DNA of 63,273 nt, filler included, from Octopus bimaculoides (GCF_001194135.2; 5 parts of 5 records of this genome joined end to end with filler, not necessarily neighbours in it); one strand, 5' to 3'. Counted from the whole stretch's first letter, positions 1 to 13,208 are shown. Notes: a model not told the origin generated them from the letters alone. A program made the numbers and translations.

Positions 1-152
1 CATCTACATGTACATATAGATACATATCTGGGTACATGACGTTGCAAAAAAACATGGACAAAATGATAAACAAGGTACAAAAAACAAGCAGGCCACATAG
101 AAACATCTCCTTCATCAGCTGCCACCATTAAAACCGCGGCGTTTCGAAGGGT
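1..152 (-). repeat. Dispersed repeat with GAAAC...CTGATGAAGG motifs (second copy 2480-2650)
   Basis: Clear similarity between 1-150 and 2480-2650 (ggtaca-gacgttgcaaa, gccacatag, ccttcatcagct, gcgttt). Confidence 0.6.
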
Positions 153-229
153 TATATATATATATACATATATATACAAGAAAGTTAGGGGTTGTGAATC
201 CAACCCACTAAGGGATAATATCTATCCAA

Positions 230-1132
230 TACACTGCCGGAAGAATATCCAATTCTCGTTCTGGTCGTCCAGTTGAGTTCGATAAAGAGCGATTAAACCA
301 ACTTTTGCACGAACATTCTCGTCAAACGACAAAGGAGCTGGCAGAGAAAATGGAATGCTCCCACACTGCTATAGAGAAGCATCTTCACTCGATGGGAAAG
401 GTTCAGAAGTATGGAGCATGGATTCCGCATGCTTTAAGTGACAACAGAAATCAACGAGCCACAATCTCCGCTGGTTTGCTTGCTCGTCACCGCTCAACTC
501 ATGGACACAAGCAACGATTTCTTTAACAAATCATTACTGGCGGCGAAAAACGGAGCCTGTACATCAATATGAAGCAGCGTAAGGAATGGCTTAGCCCCAG
601 TAAACAAGCGAATCCGCGAGTGAAACAAGATCTTCATCCTCGTAAAACGATGTTGTGCGTATGGTGGGACTTGGAAGGGATTATCCATTACGAATTGCTT
701 GAACAGATGGAACGACTCAACATGGCTATTCAAGAGAAAATACCTAATCGGCAGCATGGAGTTCTGCTCCACGACTACGCCCGTCCTTATATCGCCAATA
801 TGACCAATGAAGTCATTCAAACGCATGGCTGGGAAGTGCTGCCGCACTTGCCGTACTCTCCTGATTTGGTACCAACGAATTTCCACCTCTTTCGATCTTT
901 TTCAAATGCTATGAGTGGAGTTTCGTTCAATACTGATGCAGAATTGAGAGCTTGGTTGGATCAATATTTCGAGTCGAAATAGGGTGATTTCTACCAACGA
1001 GGTATTGAAAATCTTTGTTGAACGTTGGGAAGACGTTGTAAACAACAAGGGTGAATACATTATTGATTAATTAGCTGTTATTTTTTATTTAACCTTTTAA
1101 AAAATGGCGGAAACTTAATTGCCAACCCAATA
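230..1132 (+). mobile_element. Mariner (DD34D-type) transposon, 5' truncated, transposase disrupted
   Basis: ORFs 305-526 and 569-982 carry mariner motifs WIPHAL, KQRKEWL, KTMLCVWWD, HDYARP and YSPDL; TIR-like end TTGCCAACCCAATA at ~1119-1132. Confidence 0.9.
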
Positions 1133-1932
1133 TGAAGATTTATTTACATTTTCCGATGTAATAAAGAACATATATCATTTGTTTCAATAAATTTCTAAGA
1201 GAAATATTGATTTTATTACCAATTTTTAATGCCTACTTAGTTTTCACCCACCCTGTATATATATATATTATTATTATTATTATTATTATCAAGTATAATA
1301 TCTGTATAGGATTTTATCAGGTAGCTAGCATGTAAAACCTTTTAGGGATAAATTAATATAAAGTATATAATTTTTTATGATAATTATAATTAGGTCAACG
1401 ACATGGTAGTGCCACAAGCTAGAAGAAGATGTCAAATGACTCTAAAACTACTTTATTTATCACATAGACACGAGCTGAAAGTGAAGGAGATGAACAAAAA
1501 GAGTTTTTAAAAGGTTTAGCCACAGATCAATTGATTTCTTGTTCAGGGATATAACTTCCTTTACCATCATTAATATGATATAACTCAACGTATATAATAA
1601 TAAACATTTATACATACCATCCAAACGCAAACATATCTCCAGTGCATCCACAAATGTTCATATTTATATCCACAGTTTAAATCTAGAACATACATCTCAG
1701 CCATGTGTGAAGAACCAAAATAATTCGGCAGCAAATAAAATAATTGAAGTTATTATCAAGGATAAAATCTATGTAGGACTTTTTCAGGGCGATGCGTTTG
1801 TTTTTAAATGACTTGAAAATATGAAAAGACAACATTAAATAGAAGAAAAAAAATGAATGGCCCACTAAACTCAAACCTTCTCCCCTCAGATTCATACAGT
1901 TCTCAAACTTTAAACACATAAACACACTATAT

Positions 1933-2030
1933 CAGGGGTTTTCAAACTGTGGTCCACGGACCATGGGGTCCGCAAGGACAAGACAGGGGGTCCGTGGACA
2001 GCAAATACTTTTTATGGGCAATTTGATTTT
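1933..2030 (+). mobile_element. hAT-like MITE end fragment
   Basis: Begins CAGGGGTTTTCAAACTG, a typical hAT TIR; interrupted by a SINE. Confidence 0.45.
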
Positions 2031-2420
2031 ACTCTTTTACTCTTTTACTTGTTTCAGTCATTTGACTGCGGCCATGCTGGAGCACCGCCTTTAGTCGAGA
2101 AAATCGACCCCAGGACTTATTCTTTGTAAGCCTAGTACTTATTCTATCGGTCTCTTTTTGCCGAACCGCTAAGTTACGGGTACATAAACACACCAGCGTT
2201 GGTTGTCAAGCGATGTTGGGAGGACAGACACACAAACACATACATATATACATATATGCATATATACGACGGGTTTCTTTCAGTTTCCGTCTACCAAATT
2301 CACTCACAAGGCTTTGGTCGGCCCAAGGCTATAGTAGAAGACACTTGCCCAAGATGAAACGCAGCAGGACTGAACCCGGAACCATGTGGTTGGTAAGCAA
2401 GCTACTTACCACACAGCTAC
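2030..2420 (-). mobile_element. tRNA-derived SINE with CORE-like box and internal CA/TA microsatellite (family A)
   Basis: Minus strand reads a tRNA-like head, then ...TTGGGCAAGTGTCTTCTACTATAGCC and a (AGTAAA)n-like tail; near-identical copies at 2880-3213, 4960-5160 and 39025-39310. Confidence 0.85.
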
Positions 2421-2879
2421 ACATATATATATAAAACAAATAATAAATGAGTATATGTATATATACGTACAGGTGTGTGCATACCTACGTCTATCTGTAT
2501 ATATAGGTGCATATCTAGGTACAGGACGTTGCAAACAAAACGTAGACAAGAAAATAATAATAACCAGAGTACAGAAAACACACAAGCCACATAGAGAACA
2601 TTTTCCTTCATCAGCTACCCCCATTTTAACACCGGCGTTTTGAAGAGTTGGGATATATATATATATACACACATGCACACATATATATTCTAAATGATTG
2701 AGACAAAAGGCAGATTGTATTGGAAACTTTATTTATAAAAACGATCATTTTAGATACTTCAGCACTGCTCCCTAGTGGATGGAGAACGATATAATGGAAT
2801 CATGTGAACCTCTGCCTGTTGAGCTCTGAATACACACCACAGTTATTCTGCTCCACCAATGTATTTTGGAGACTGACTA

Positions 2880-3213
2880 CTCTTTACTTGTATCAGTCAT
2901 TTGACTGTGGCCATGCTGGAGCACCGCCTTTAGTCGAGCATATCGACCCCAGGACTTATTCTTTGAAAGCCTAGTACTTATTCTATCGGTCTCTTTTTGC
3001 CAAACCGCTAAGTTACAGGGACGTAAACACACCACCATCGGTTGTCAAGCGATGTTGGGGGGACAAACACAGACACACAAACATATGCACACACATACAT
3101 ATACATATATGTACATATATACGACGGGCTTCTTTCAGTTTCCATCTACCAAATCCACTCACAAGGCTTTGGTCGGCCCAAGGCTATAGTAGAAGACACT
3201 TGCCCAAGGTGCC
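2880..3213 (-). mobile_element. SINE family A copy, runs into a gap
   Basis: High identity to 2030-2420. Confidence 0.85.
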
Positions 3214-4150
3214 NNNNNNNNNNNNNNNNNNNNNNNNNNNNNNNNNNNNNNNNNNNNNNNNNNNNNNNNNNNNNNNNNNNNNNNNNNNNNNNNNNNNNNN
3301 NNNNNNNNNNNNNNNNNNNNNNNNNNNNNNNNNNNNNNNNNNNNNNNNNNNNNNNNNNNNNNNNNNNNNNNNNNNNNNNNNNNNNNNNNNNNNNNNNNNN
3401 NNNNNNNNNNNNNNNNNNNNNNNNNNNNNNNNNNNNNNNNNNNNNNNNNNNNNNNNNNNNNNNNNNNNNNNNNNNNNNNNNNNNNNNNNNNNNNNNNNNN
3501 NNNNNNNNNNNNNNNNNNNNNNNNNNNNNNNNNNNNNNNNNNNNNNNNNNNNNNNNNNNNNNNNNNNNNNNNNNNNNNNNNNNNNNNNNNNNNNNNNNNN
3601 NNNNNNNNNNNNNNNNNNNNNNNNNNNNNNNNNNNNNNNNNNNNNNNNNNNNNNNNNNNNNNNNNNNNNNNNNNNNNNNNNNNNNNNNNNNNNNNNNNNN
3701 NNNNNNNNNNNNNNNNNNNNNNNNNNNNNNNNNNNNNNNNNNNNNNNNNNNNNNNNNNNNNNNNNNNNNNNNNNNNNNNNNNNNNNNNNNNNNNNNNNNN
3801 NNNNNNNNNNNNNNNNNNNNNNNNNNNNNNNNNNNNNNNNNNNNNNNNNNNNNNNNNNNNNNNNNNNNNNNNNNNNNNNNNNNNNNNNNNNNNNNNNNNN
3901 NNNNNNNNNNNNNNNNNNNNNNNNNNNNNNNNNNNNNNNNNNNNNNNNNNNNNNNNNNNNNNNNNNNNNNNNNNNNNNNNNNNNNNNNNNNNNNNNNNNN
4001 NNNNNNNNNNNNNNNNNNNNNNNNNNNNNNNNNNNNNNNNNNNNNNNNNNNNNNNNNNNNNNNNNNNNNNNNNNNNNNNNNNNNNNNNNNNNNNNNNNNN
4101 NNNNNNNNNNNNNNNNNNNNNNNNNNNNNNNNNNNNNNNNNNNNNNNNNT

Positions 4151-4320
4151 AGTTTTAGGGACAAGAACCAAGGTTCATGAACTCATCGATGAAAATCCAC
4201 TATCACATATAGAAAAATTAATAATTAAAAATTAAATTATTTAATTATTAATTTTTCTATATGTGACAGCGGATTTTCATCGATGAGTTCATGAACCTTG
4301 GTTCTTTTCCCTAAAACTAT
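4151..4320. mobile_element. Foldback (palindromic) MITE
   Basis: AGTTTTAGGGACAAGAACCAAGGTTCATGAACTCATCGATGAAAATCC mirrored by GGATTTTCATCGATGAGTTCATGAACCTTGGTTCTTTTCCCTAAAACT; followed by (TA)n. Confidence 0.8.
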
Positions 4321-4403
4321 ATATATATATATATATATATTACAGAGATGTACTTGCATAGCAAGTGACCTGATCTGAGAATGTGTGCTAGAACGAAAAC
4401 AGT

Positions 4404-4581
4404 TGCAGCGTGGAAGGTGTTTATAAGCCATCTAAAATAACACACAAAAACAGTTAGATTCACTTCAACATTTAAATTTAATTTGTCAAAATATTTTCGT
4501 CGCTTGTTGAAGTGTTGAAGTGAATCTAACGGTTTTTGCATGTTATTTTAAATGGCTTATAAACACCTTACACGCTGCAAT
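4404..4581. mobile_element. Foldback MITE
   Basis: ~65-bp inverted arms TTGCAGCGTGGAAGGTGTTTATAAGCCAT...TTCAACA / TGTTGAAGTG...ATGGCTTATAAACACCTTACACGCTGCAA. Confidence 0.8.
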
Positions 4582-4959
4582 TGTATATATATATATATTC
4601 CCCAGTTAGATCCTGCCTGACTGAACTTCCTCCTCTCTTGGATATTCATCACTCTGTATTGTGTGTGAGTGTGTGTGTCTGTGTGTATTTGTGACTAAAT
4701 AAGGGCACACCATACCAACTATGAAAAATGAAGAAAATGACCTCAAATCAAAAGATTCACGAAGGTCATCTTTTGACCAGAACACAACAACATTTTTGGC
4801 CACTCCTAAAAATATTCCATTTCTTTATTCCTTTCTTCTCAAATACCATTTTCAACTACTTTTTGTTTTCTTACCTTCCACCTTTTTCTTCTTTCTTCTC
4901 CTTTTTCTTCTTTCTTCTTTTTTCACACATGCTATTGCATCTACTTTTTGTATTCTCTT

Positions 4960-5160
4960 TTTTTTTACTTGTTTCAGTTATTTGACTGTGGCCATGCTGG
5001 AGCACCACCTTTAGTCGAGCAACTCGACCCCAGGACTTATTCTTTGGATGCCTAGTACTTATTCTATCGGTCTCTTTTTGCCGAACCACTAAGTTACAGG
5101 GACGTAAACACACCACCATCAGTTGTCAAGCGATGTTGGAGAGGACAAACACAGACACAC
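4960..5160 (-). mobile_element. SINE family A 3' half
   Basis: Matches 2040-2240. Confidence 0.8.
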
Positions 5161-6297
5161 AAACATATGCACACACATACATACATATATATATATACAT
5201 ATATGCATACAAATGTATATATATATATGTATGTATGAATAAGGCCATCCCATATGTTCTGTCCGATTTTACCTTTTTTAATATCGAATGAAATTTAATA
5301 GCATTTTAGAATGTCTGATGGAATTAAAAATTATTTTTATGCATTTGCGTACATTTAAACTAATTAGATATTATTTTACAGAATAATAGAATTAAAATTT
5401 CTTTGATTAAAACCCTTTCTAACATGGAAGTATCCAAAGAGCATTTGAGGCATGTAATGCTTTATGAGTAGNNNNNNNNNNNNNNNNNNNNNNNNNNNNN
5501 NNNNNNNNNNNNNNNNNNNNNNNNNNNNNNNNNNNNNNNNNNNNNNNNNNNNNNNNNNNNNNNNNNNNNNNNNNNNNNNNNNNNNNNNNNNNNNNNNNNN
5601 NNNNNNNNNNNNNNNNNNNNNNNNNNNNNNNNNNNNNNNNNNNNNNNNNNNNNNNNNNNNNNNNNNNNNNNNNNNNNNNNNNNNNNNNNNNNNNNNNNNN
5701 NNNNNNNNNNNNNNNNNNNNNNNNNNNNNNNNNNNNNNNNNNNNNNNNNNNNNNNNNNNNNNNNNNNNNNNNNNNNNNNNNNNNNNNNNNNNNNNNNNNN
5801 NNNNNNNNNNNNNNNNNNNNNNNNNNNNNNNNNNNNNNNNNNNNNNNNNNNNNNNNNNNNNNNNNNNNNNNNNNNNNNNNNNNNNNNNNNNNNNNNNNNN
5901 NNNNNNNNNNNNNNNNNNNNNNNNNNNNNNNNNNNNNNNNNNNNNNNNNNNNNNNNNNNNNNNNNNNNNNNNNNNNNNNNNNNNNNNNNNNNNNNNNNNN
6001 NNNNNNNNNNNNNNNNNNNNNNNNNNNNNNNNNNNNNNNNNNNNNNNNNNNNNNNNNNNNNNNNNNNNNNNNNNNNNNNNNNNNNNNNNNNNNNNNNNNN
6101 NNNNNNNNNNNNNNNNNNNNNNNNNNNNNNNNNNNNNNNNNNNNNNNNNNNNNNNNNNNNNNNNNNNNNNNNNNNNNNNNNNNNNNNNNNNNNNNNNNNN
6201 ACAAATATATATATATATATATATATGCATACAAATATATATATATATATATATACATATATGCATACAAATGTATATATATATATGTATGTATGAA

Positions 6298-6850
6298 TAA
6301 GGCCATCCCATATGTTCTGTCCGATTTTACCTTTTTTAATATCGAATGAAATTTAATAGCATTTTAGAATGTCTGATGGAATTAAAAATTATTTTTATGC
6401 ATTTGCGTACATTTAAACTAATTAGATATTATTTTACAGAATAATAGAATTAAAATTTCTTTGATTAAAACCCTTTCTAACATGGAAGTATCCAAAGAGC
6501 ATTTGAGGCATGTAATGCTTTATGAGTAGAAAAAAGGAAACTCTGCAACCGAAGCGACTCAAAAGATATACTCAGTTTATGGGAAAGAATGCTTGAATAA
6601 AAGAAGTTGCAGAAGATGGTTTGAAAAATTCAGAAGTGGAGATTTCAGCCTCAAAGATGAAGATCAAACAGGACGTCCAGTTGAGTTTGATGATAAGCTC
6701 CTTGAGTCATTACTTGAAGAAAATCCTGCATTATCAGTTGAAGAATCGGCAATAAAGATTAGTTCAAACCATACAACTGTTCATCGTCATCTTCAACAAC
6801 TTGGAAAGGTTCCTAAACTTGGAAAATGGGTGCCTCATGAATTGTCCGAC
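6298..6850 (+). mobile_element. Mariner 5' half (HTH region), truncated after WVPHEL; 5' end duplicated at ~5238-5471
   Basis: MEVSKEHLRHVMLYE*KKGNSATEA...CRRWFEKFRSGDFSLKDE..GRP...GKWVPHELS. Confidence 0.9.
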
Positions 6851-7044
6851 TTCATCCATAAAATATGCTGTTAACTTTGCCATTGTTCTCTTTTCTCGTT
6901 TTATACATACACACGCTAATACACGATCTACGTTATAATCCCCACTCTTGTTTATACAACAAATGGGGCATAACTAGACAGTATACAGCACTTACTCGGT
7001 ATTACCTGTATCTTTGGGTTTGGTTGAATCCAATACCCTTCTTA

Positions 7045-7081
<37 letters not shown>

Positions 7082-7710
7082 NNNNNNNNNNNNNNNNNNN
7101 NNNNNNNNNNNNNNNNNNNNNNNNNNNNNNNNNNNNNNNNNNNNNNNNNNNNNNNNNNNNNNNNNNNNNNNNNNNNNNNNNNNNNNNNNNNNNNNNNNNN
7201 NNNNNNNNNNNNNNNNNNNNNNNNNNNNNNNNNNNNNNNNNNNNNNNNNNNNNNNNNNNNNNNNNNNNNNNNNNNNNNNNNNNNNNNNNNNNNNNNNNNN
7301 NNNNNNNNNNNNNNNNNNNNNNNNNNNNNNNNNNNNNNNNNNNNNNNNNNNNNNNNNNNNNNNNNNNNNNNNNNNNNNNNNNNNNNNNNNNNNNNNNNNN
7401 NNNNNNNNNNNNNNNNNNNNNNNNNNNNNNNNNNNNNNNNNNNNNNNNNNNNNNNNNNNNNNNNNNNNNNNNNNNNNNNNNNNNNNNNNNNNNNNNNNNN
7501 NNNNNNNNNNNNNNNNNNNNNNNNNNNNNNNNNNNNNNNNNNNNNNNNNNNNNNNNNNNNNNNNNNNNNNNNNNNNNNNNNNNNNNNNNNNNNNNNNNNN
7601 NNNNNNNNNNNNNNNNNNNNNNNNNNNNNNNNNNNNNNNNNNNNNNNNNNNNNNNNNNNNNNNNNNNNNNNNNNNNNNNNNNNNNNNNNNNNNNNNNNNN
7701 NNNNNNNNNN

Positions 7711-7800
7711 CCTCTTCAGCCTGATTTGTAATGTAACCGCAATCATCAGAATCGTATACAAAGTTGCCCACCACCATAGGTGCGCGTGTATATGGTTCTG
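7711..7800 (-). CDS. Candidate exon of an unidentified protein, open into a gap
   Basis: TAGCAG acceptor-like site, then open frame EPYTRAPMVVGNFVYDSDDCGYITNQAEE; no recognisable family. Confidence 0.25.
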
Positions 7801-7924
7801 CTAATTACAGCTTAATGGTAAAATTCAAAAGTCTTCGTTTTGGCGCGCTAATTCCAGGAATATGTCTGCAGAAAATATTTACTGCGTCGTATATATCCAG
7901 TATGAGAAATCGGTAATGGGTTAT

Positions 7925-8038
7925 ATATTATTATAAAATATGGTAATTAATCATATATTAATTAATATCGATTAATTTTCCTGGTAATTAATCGATATTA
8001 ATTAATATATGATTAATTACCATATTTTATAATAATAT
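7925..8038. repeat. Near-perfect AT-rich hairpin, ~53-bp arms
   Basis: ATATTATTATAAAATATGGTAATTAATCATATATTAATTAATATCGATTAATT is followed by its reverse complement after a short loop. Confidence 0.85.
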
Positions 8039-8626
8039 TATATATATATATGTATGTGTGTATGTATATATATGTATGTATATATATATGTATCTACACA
8101 CATACATAGGTACACACATGCATACACTAATGTACAAACAAATGGTAGTGGTAATGGCTAGAAACCTTTAGATCATAAAGTTAGAACTCACCTGTGGTTA
8201 AACAACAATAATTATGATAACAAACAGAAGAATAAAAAGGAAAAACTAAAACAACAACAACAACATGATTGGAGTTTAAATAATAATAATAATAATAATA
8301 ATAACAACAATAAAGAATTACAAGATGGATTTTAAAAAAGTCTTGCATATTTTCACTGTTCCGTTTACAAACTGAAATTTGCAGACTGCAAGTTTCTTGT
8401 TCCATTTCTGTCTCTGAAAATCCCAGATTTTTCAGACTATTATATAAATGTTCAAGTAATATAAAGATGAGGGTACCTGTAATTACCGGTACACATGTAA
8501 ATTTGTAATCCAACTGGAGAATTTGGAGAGGTTCCCGGAGTAGTTGTACATAAATGTTCTCTCTCTTTGTTTTGTGTGTGTGTGTGTGTATGTGTGTGCG
8601 CATGCATGTGTGTGCTTATTTATATA

Positions 8627-8674
<48 letters not shown>

Positions 8675-8678
8675 CATA

Positions 8679-8796
8679 CAGGGTGGGTCAAAATTCAAGC
8701 ACAAAATAAGTTCCATATGCTTCTGAATTGTCTAAAATTGAAGAAAATAAATAAAATAAAGATGAAAACACACATACTTGTACATAATGAAGAAAA

Positions 8797-8832
<36 letters not shown>

Positions 8833-8885
8833 TAATATAAATAAAATGGGGAGGGTGTTTTGGTGCATGACTTGTGGCCCACCCT

Positions 8886-8886
<1 letters not shown>
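8679..8886. mobile_element. Tc1/mariner-like MITE
   Basis: Ends CAGGGTGGGTCA and GGCCCACCCTG, in TA-rich flanks. Confidence 0.55.
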
Positions 8887-8916
<30 letters not shown>

Positions 8917-9045
8917 CGCAAGTATATATGTTTACTTATGCATACATACTTATACATATATATATACATGTATGTATATGTTTATATATATATGTGTATA
9001 TGTATATATGTATATCTATATATATATAGAAATATATATATATAT

Positions 9046-9076
<31 letters not shown>

Positions 9077-9150
9077 CATACATATATATATGTATATATA
9101 TATATATATGTATATNNNNNNNNNNNNNNNNNNNNNNNNNNNNNNNNNNN

Positions 9151-9241
<91 letters not shown>

Positions 9242-9804
9242 CAAATATATATATATATATGCATACAAATATATATATATGCACACAAATATGTGTGTGT
9301 GTGTGTTTATATGTATATGTTTTTTTCTATTGATATTCAAGTTCTTCTTTACAGAAATCAAATCATTGGAATGAAAACAAGTCCATAAATATAAGTATAT
9401 GGAGGAATTGGTACCTGCATATATGCAAGTGGAAGTGCAGATATACTCACACTCATGTAATGAGTGCATAAATGTATGTATATTCATGATCCAAATGGAT
9501 TTCATCAACCATTCTGTGCATATGCCTTTATGTATGGCAAATGCATATGTATATGTATATGTTTGTGTATATGTATATATTTATGCCAAAGAACTGGGAA
9601 GAAGGGTTTTTGGAATGCTTTGGAAATAGATCAGATGTGAGACTATTTGGGACAATATGAGACTGTTTGATTTGTTCATCTTTTAGGGGAAAAAAAAGTG
9701 GAAATATTTCTGAAATTTTATGCAAACCTGTTCTTACATAGTCCAATGCATCTCTGATATTGGATACAAATAATTGTCTATGCACATATACATATACATA
9801 TATA

Positions 9805-9904
9805 NNNNNNNNNNNNNNNNNNNNNNNNNNNNNNNNNNNNNNNNNNNNTTAATTAATTAANNNNNNNNNNNNNNNNNNNNNNNNNNNNNNNNNNNNNNNN
9901 NNNN
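9805..9904. other. Artificial scaffolding spacer N44-TTAATTAATTAA-N44 (also 38925-39024, 45221-45320, 51825-51924)
   Basis: Four identical 100-bp constructs with a self-complementary all-frame stop linker. Confidence 0.95.
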
Positions 9905-11284
9905 TAGAAACTATTTTACGTTAAACTCAAAGATTATTCAATATCCTATTGGTCAGTTAAAGTCTAGACAGTGTCACGTGACAACTTGATGGGGCTGCCT
10001 GCTGGAGCCTAGCAGCAGGTATCTAAAGTGAAATTTGACAAGACATTCAGTCGGCCGCTGACACTCGCTGACGCTGCCAGGGAGAGGCCAGGGAACAGAA
10101 GAAAGAAGACATGCACTCAACACCAGAGCTGAAGACACCCCCGAAAAGGGGGGGGCGCCACGTCAAAACGGTAGAGGAGTAGGGGCCGAAACCAGACCTG
10201 GTTCCTCCTGATGATGTCTTGAGCTAACTGGATCCTATAAAGGAGCTGTTGTGGTAGCAGACCACAAAACATGGTTGAAATTCCTCCATTCTTCCTGGGC
10301 GAATACAGACATTATTCTTTAACAAGAAGTGTATTGAATATTGAAGTTGCAACCAGCTAAGCCATTATCGGACTATGGTACCTCTGAGTTCATCTTGGTT
10401 TTATATAACTTCTGTTAAGTTAAAATTTTCTTTGGTAAGCTGAGATCTGTTGAATAAATAAATTATGTTGTATGGTAGGTTATGATACAGAGATGTTATA
10501 GAAATTCTTTATTGATTATATTGTGAAAGGCCTAAATATCACCAGCCTGACGACCATCTAAAACTCACCACCTGCTTACATTCTTTTGTGAACCCTTCAA
10601 ATCTCCATTACCTAAAAGCTGGTACACCTAAATAAACACCCCTAATTACAAAGATTTAAATACTGCACGGAACTCTGAGCTTTAACCTCCACATTCTGAA
10701 AACAAAAGGTTAAATATCCCATTAATATCACCTTCTACATGACTACATTCTTTTCTGAGCCCCTATGACCTGAAGATGGTACTCCTAAATAGACTCTTCT
10801 GATTGCATGCATGAATAAATTCTGAACAATAACATAACCCGTAATGTAAATTAATTGTACTTATTTGCTGGTTAACTTTTCAAATTCATACAAAGAAAGG
10901 AAGTGTAAGACAGGAAGTGTAAGACAGGAACTGAAAGAAAGGAACTGAGGGATAGGTTCGCTCGAGTGTTTATATTCATTCCAGACATTTTGGATGGTAA
11001 CACAGATGTATTTCTGACTACATGAATGCACTGTGAATAATATCTGCAGAATATAAATAATAAATATGAAACATAAGATAATAGCTATAGGAATAAGAAT
11101 ACAAAGATATAAAATATATAGAAATACAAAAAGTAGAAAATTAAATATGTGCGTGTGTGCGCGCGCGCGCGCGTGTGTGTGTATGTGTGTGAAAATTTTG
11201 TTCTAATGGATGAATTTTAACAAACTAAAACTTTTGAAAATCAAATGATAAATCTGTCAATATATGTGTGTATGTGTGTGCAAG

Positions 11285-11316
<32 letters not shown>

Positions 11317-12229
11317 CATACACACATATATATATAGATACATACAAACACACAAACACACACACTCACACACGTACACGCGCACACACGATTCGCTGTG
11401 CGCATGTGATATCTCACTCCATGGTAGCATTGACATACTCTTCATTATTATCATCACTACCACGTGCATTTCTCGTTTTCAGATCTATATTTTGATTTCT
11501 TTGTTTGAAAAACGTAACTACTCCAGGGAAGGTGCGTCATTTCCTGATGAAAGTAACCGAATTTCAGTTGACTGATGGACTGATGTCGAAATCCTATATC
11601 CAATGGTGGAAAACAGTTTTAAGGCAAGGTATTACTCACATAGACATTCATTACACAGTCCCAGTAAGGATCACTAAGAATTAAAAAAAGCAAAAAGAAA
11701 AAAAAACAAAAAGAAAAAAACCCAAAAAGCTATCCAGCTACGTATGGCAATTACGTGAAGCTAATGATAGTAATTCAAAAATACCATGGGTGGTTGTTTT
11801 GGTAGTGGTGGTCATAGTGATGGCGTTGTTGGTAGTGGTAGTGACTATCTTGTTTAGGTGTTGCAGTGGCCATCTTGTTTATATGTTGCACTATTGTTGT
11901 CGTTTTTGTTTTGGTGGATATGGCGGTGGTGGTGGTGGCTGTCGTTATGATGGTGTTTGTTTTGGTGGTACTCGTGCTAGTCGCGCAGCTGTTGGTGATA
12001 TACTATTGTCATTAATTTTTGGCTGTCACTCTCTTCATTATTGCTTAGGCCATTGTTGACGAGGAAAAGTCGTTTCTGTTCTTTTCTCTTTTTCTTGACA
12101 GTGTCATCGCTGTATTTGTTTGGCTGCATTTGTTGTTCCGCTTTGCTTTTCCTTCTTCCTCTTAGTACACTTGTTATTCTTATTCTTATTTATCATCCTT
12201 CTCATCATCATGATCATGATCATCATCAT

Positions 12230-12277
<48 letters not shown>

Positions 12278-12407
12278 AACAACAACAACAACAACAAAAA
12301 TGCTTATAATTATTCTTTTTCTTAATGTTAACCCTTCGTGGTCAATAAAGAAGTCATCGTCATCATAATCATTATCATCATCATCGCCATCATCATCATC
12401 ACCATCG

Positions 12408-12441
<34 letters not shown>

Positions 12442-12457
12442 TAACGCATTTTTTCAA

Positions 12458-12670
12458 GGCGGTGACCTGGCAGAATCATTAGCACGGCAGGCAAAACGCT
12501 TAGCGGCATTTCGTCTGTCTTTACGTTCTGCATTCAAATTCCACCGAAGTCGACTTTGCCTTTCATCTTTTCGGAGTCGATAAATTAAATTACTAGTGAA
12601 ATACTGGGGTCGATATAATCGACTAGTCCCCACCCCACAAATTTGAGGCCTTGTGCCTCCAGCAGAAAGG
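12458..12670 (+). mobile_element. SINE family B with Meta/Sauria-like core
   Basis: GGCGGTGACCTGGCAGAATC head and GTCGACTTTGCCTTTCATCTTTTCGGAGTCGATAAATT core; at least 14 copies in the window. The core assignment is from memory of the MetaSINE domain. Confidence 0.8.
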
Positions 12671-12724
<54 letters not shown>

Positions 12725-13208
12725 GAGTGAGAGAGCAGTGTACGCCATCAAAGTGACACTGGGGTAAAATATACGAAGCCCAATATACCCATCATGACTA
12801 CCCGTCTGNNNNNNNNNNNNNNNNNNNNNNNNNNNNNNNNNNNNNNNNNNNNNNNNNNNNNNNNNNNNNNNNNNNNNNNNNNNNNNNNNNNNNNNNNNNN
12901 NNNNNNNNNNNNNNNNNNNNNNNNNNNNNNNNNNNNNNNNNNNNNNNNNNNNNNNNNNNNTCTCAACACATGGCTATGATGCTCCACCACTACTTCTGCT
13001 CATGATCAGAGATGCACATATCGTCAGCCACCAAGGGACATGCTCAACTGGTTACGGTCAAACAACCGACAAGCAAATCTGTGATATTGAGTAGAATATT
13101 TGCTGTAGCCCATCTTTTTATACCAAGACAAAACAATGTACATGATAACACTTCCAATCAGTTAAGATCAGAAGCCATGAGAGCCACTGCCTGGTACTGC
13201 ATCCGGGC

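Noticed and set aside
3042-4235. 300-400 aa ORFs full of X
   Set aside because: They only span N gaps.
4721-5014. ATG-initiated MKNEENDLKSKDSRRSSFDQNTTT ORF with a hydrophobic tail
   Set aside because: The tail comes from a CT-rich tract and a SINE, and no homology was recognised.
8846-9508. Long YI/CV/HT/poly-residue ORFs here and across 11-14, 44-46 and 52-57 kb
   Set aside because: Translations of (TA)n, (CA)n, (GA)n and trinucleotide repeats; stop-free only because of low complexity.
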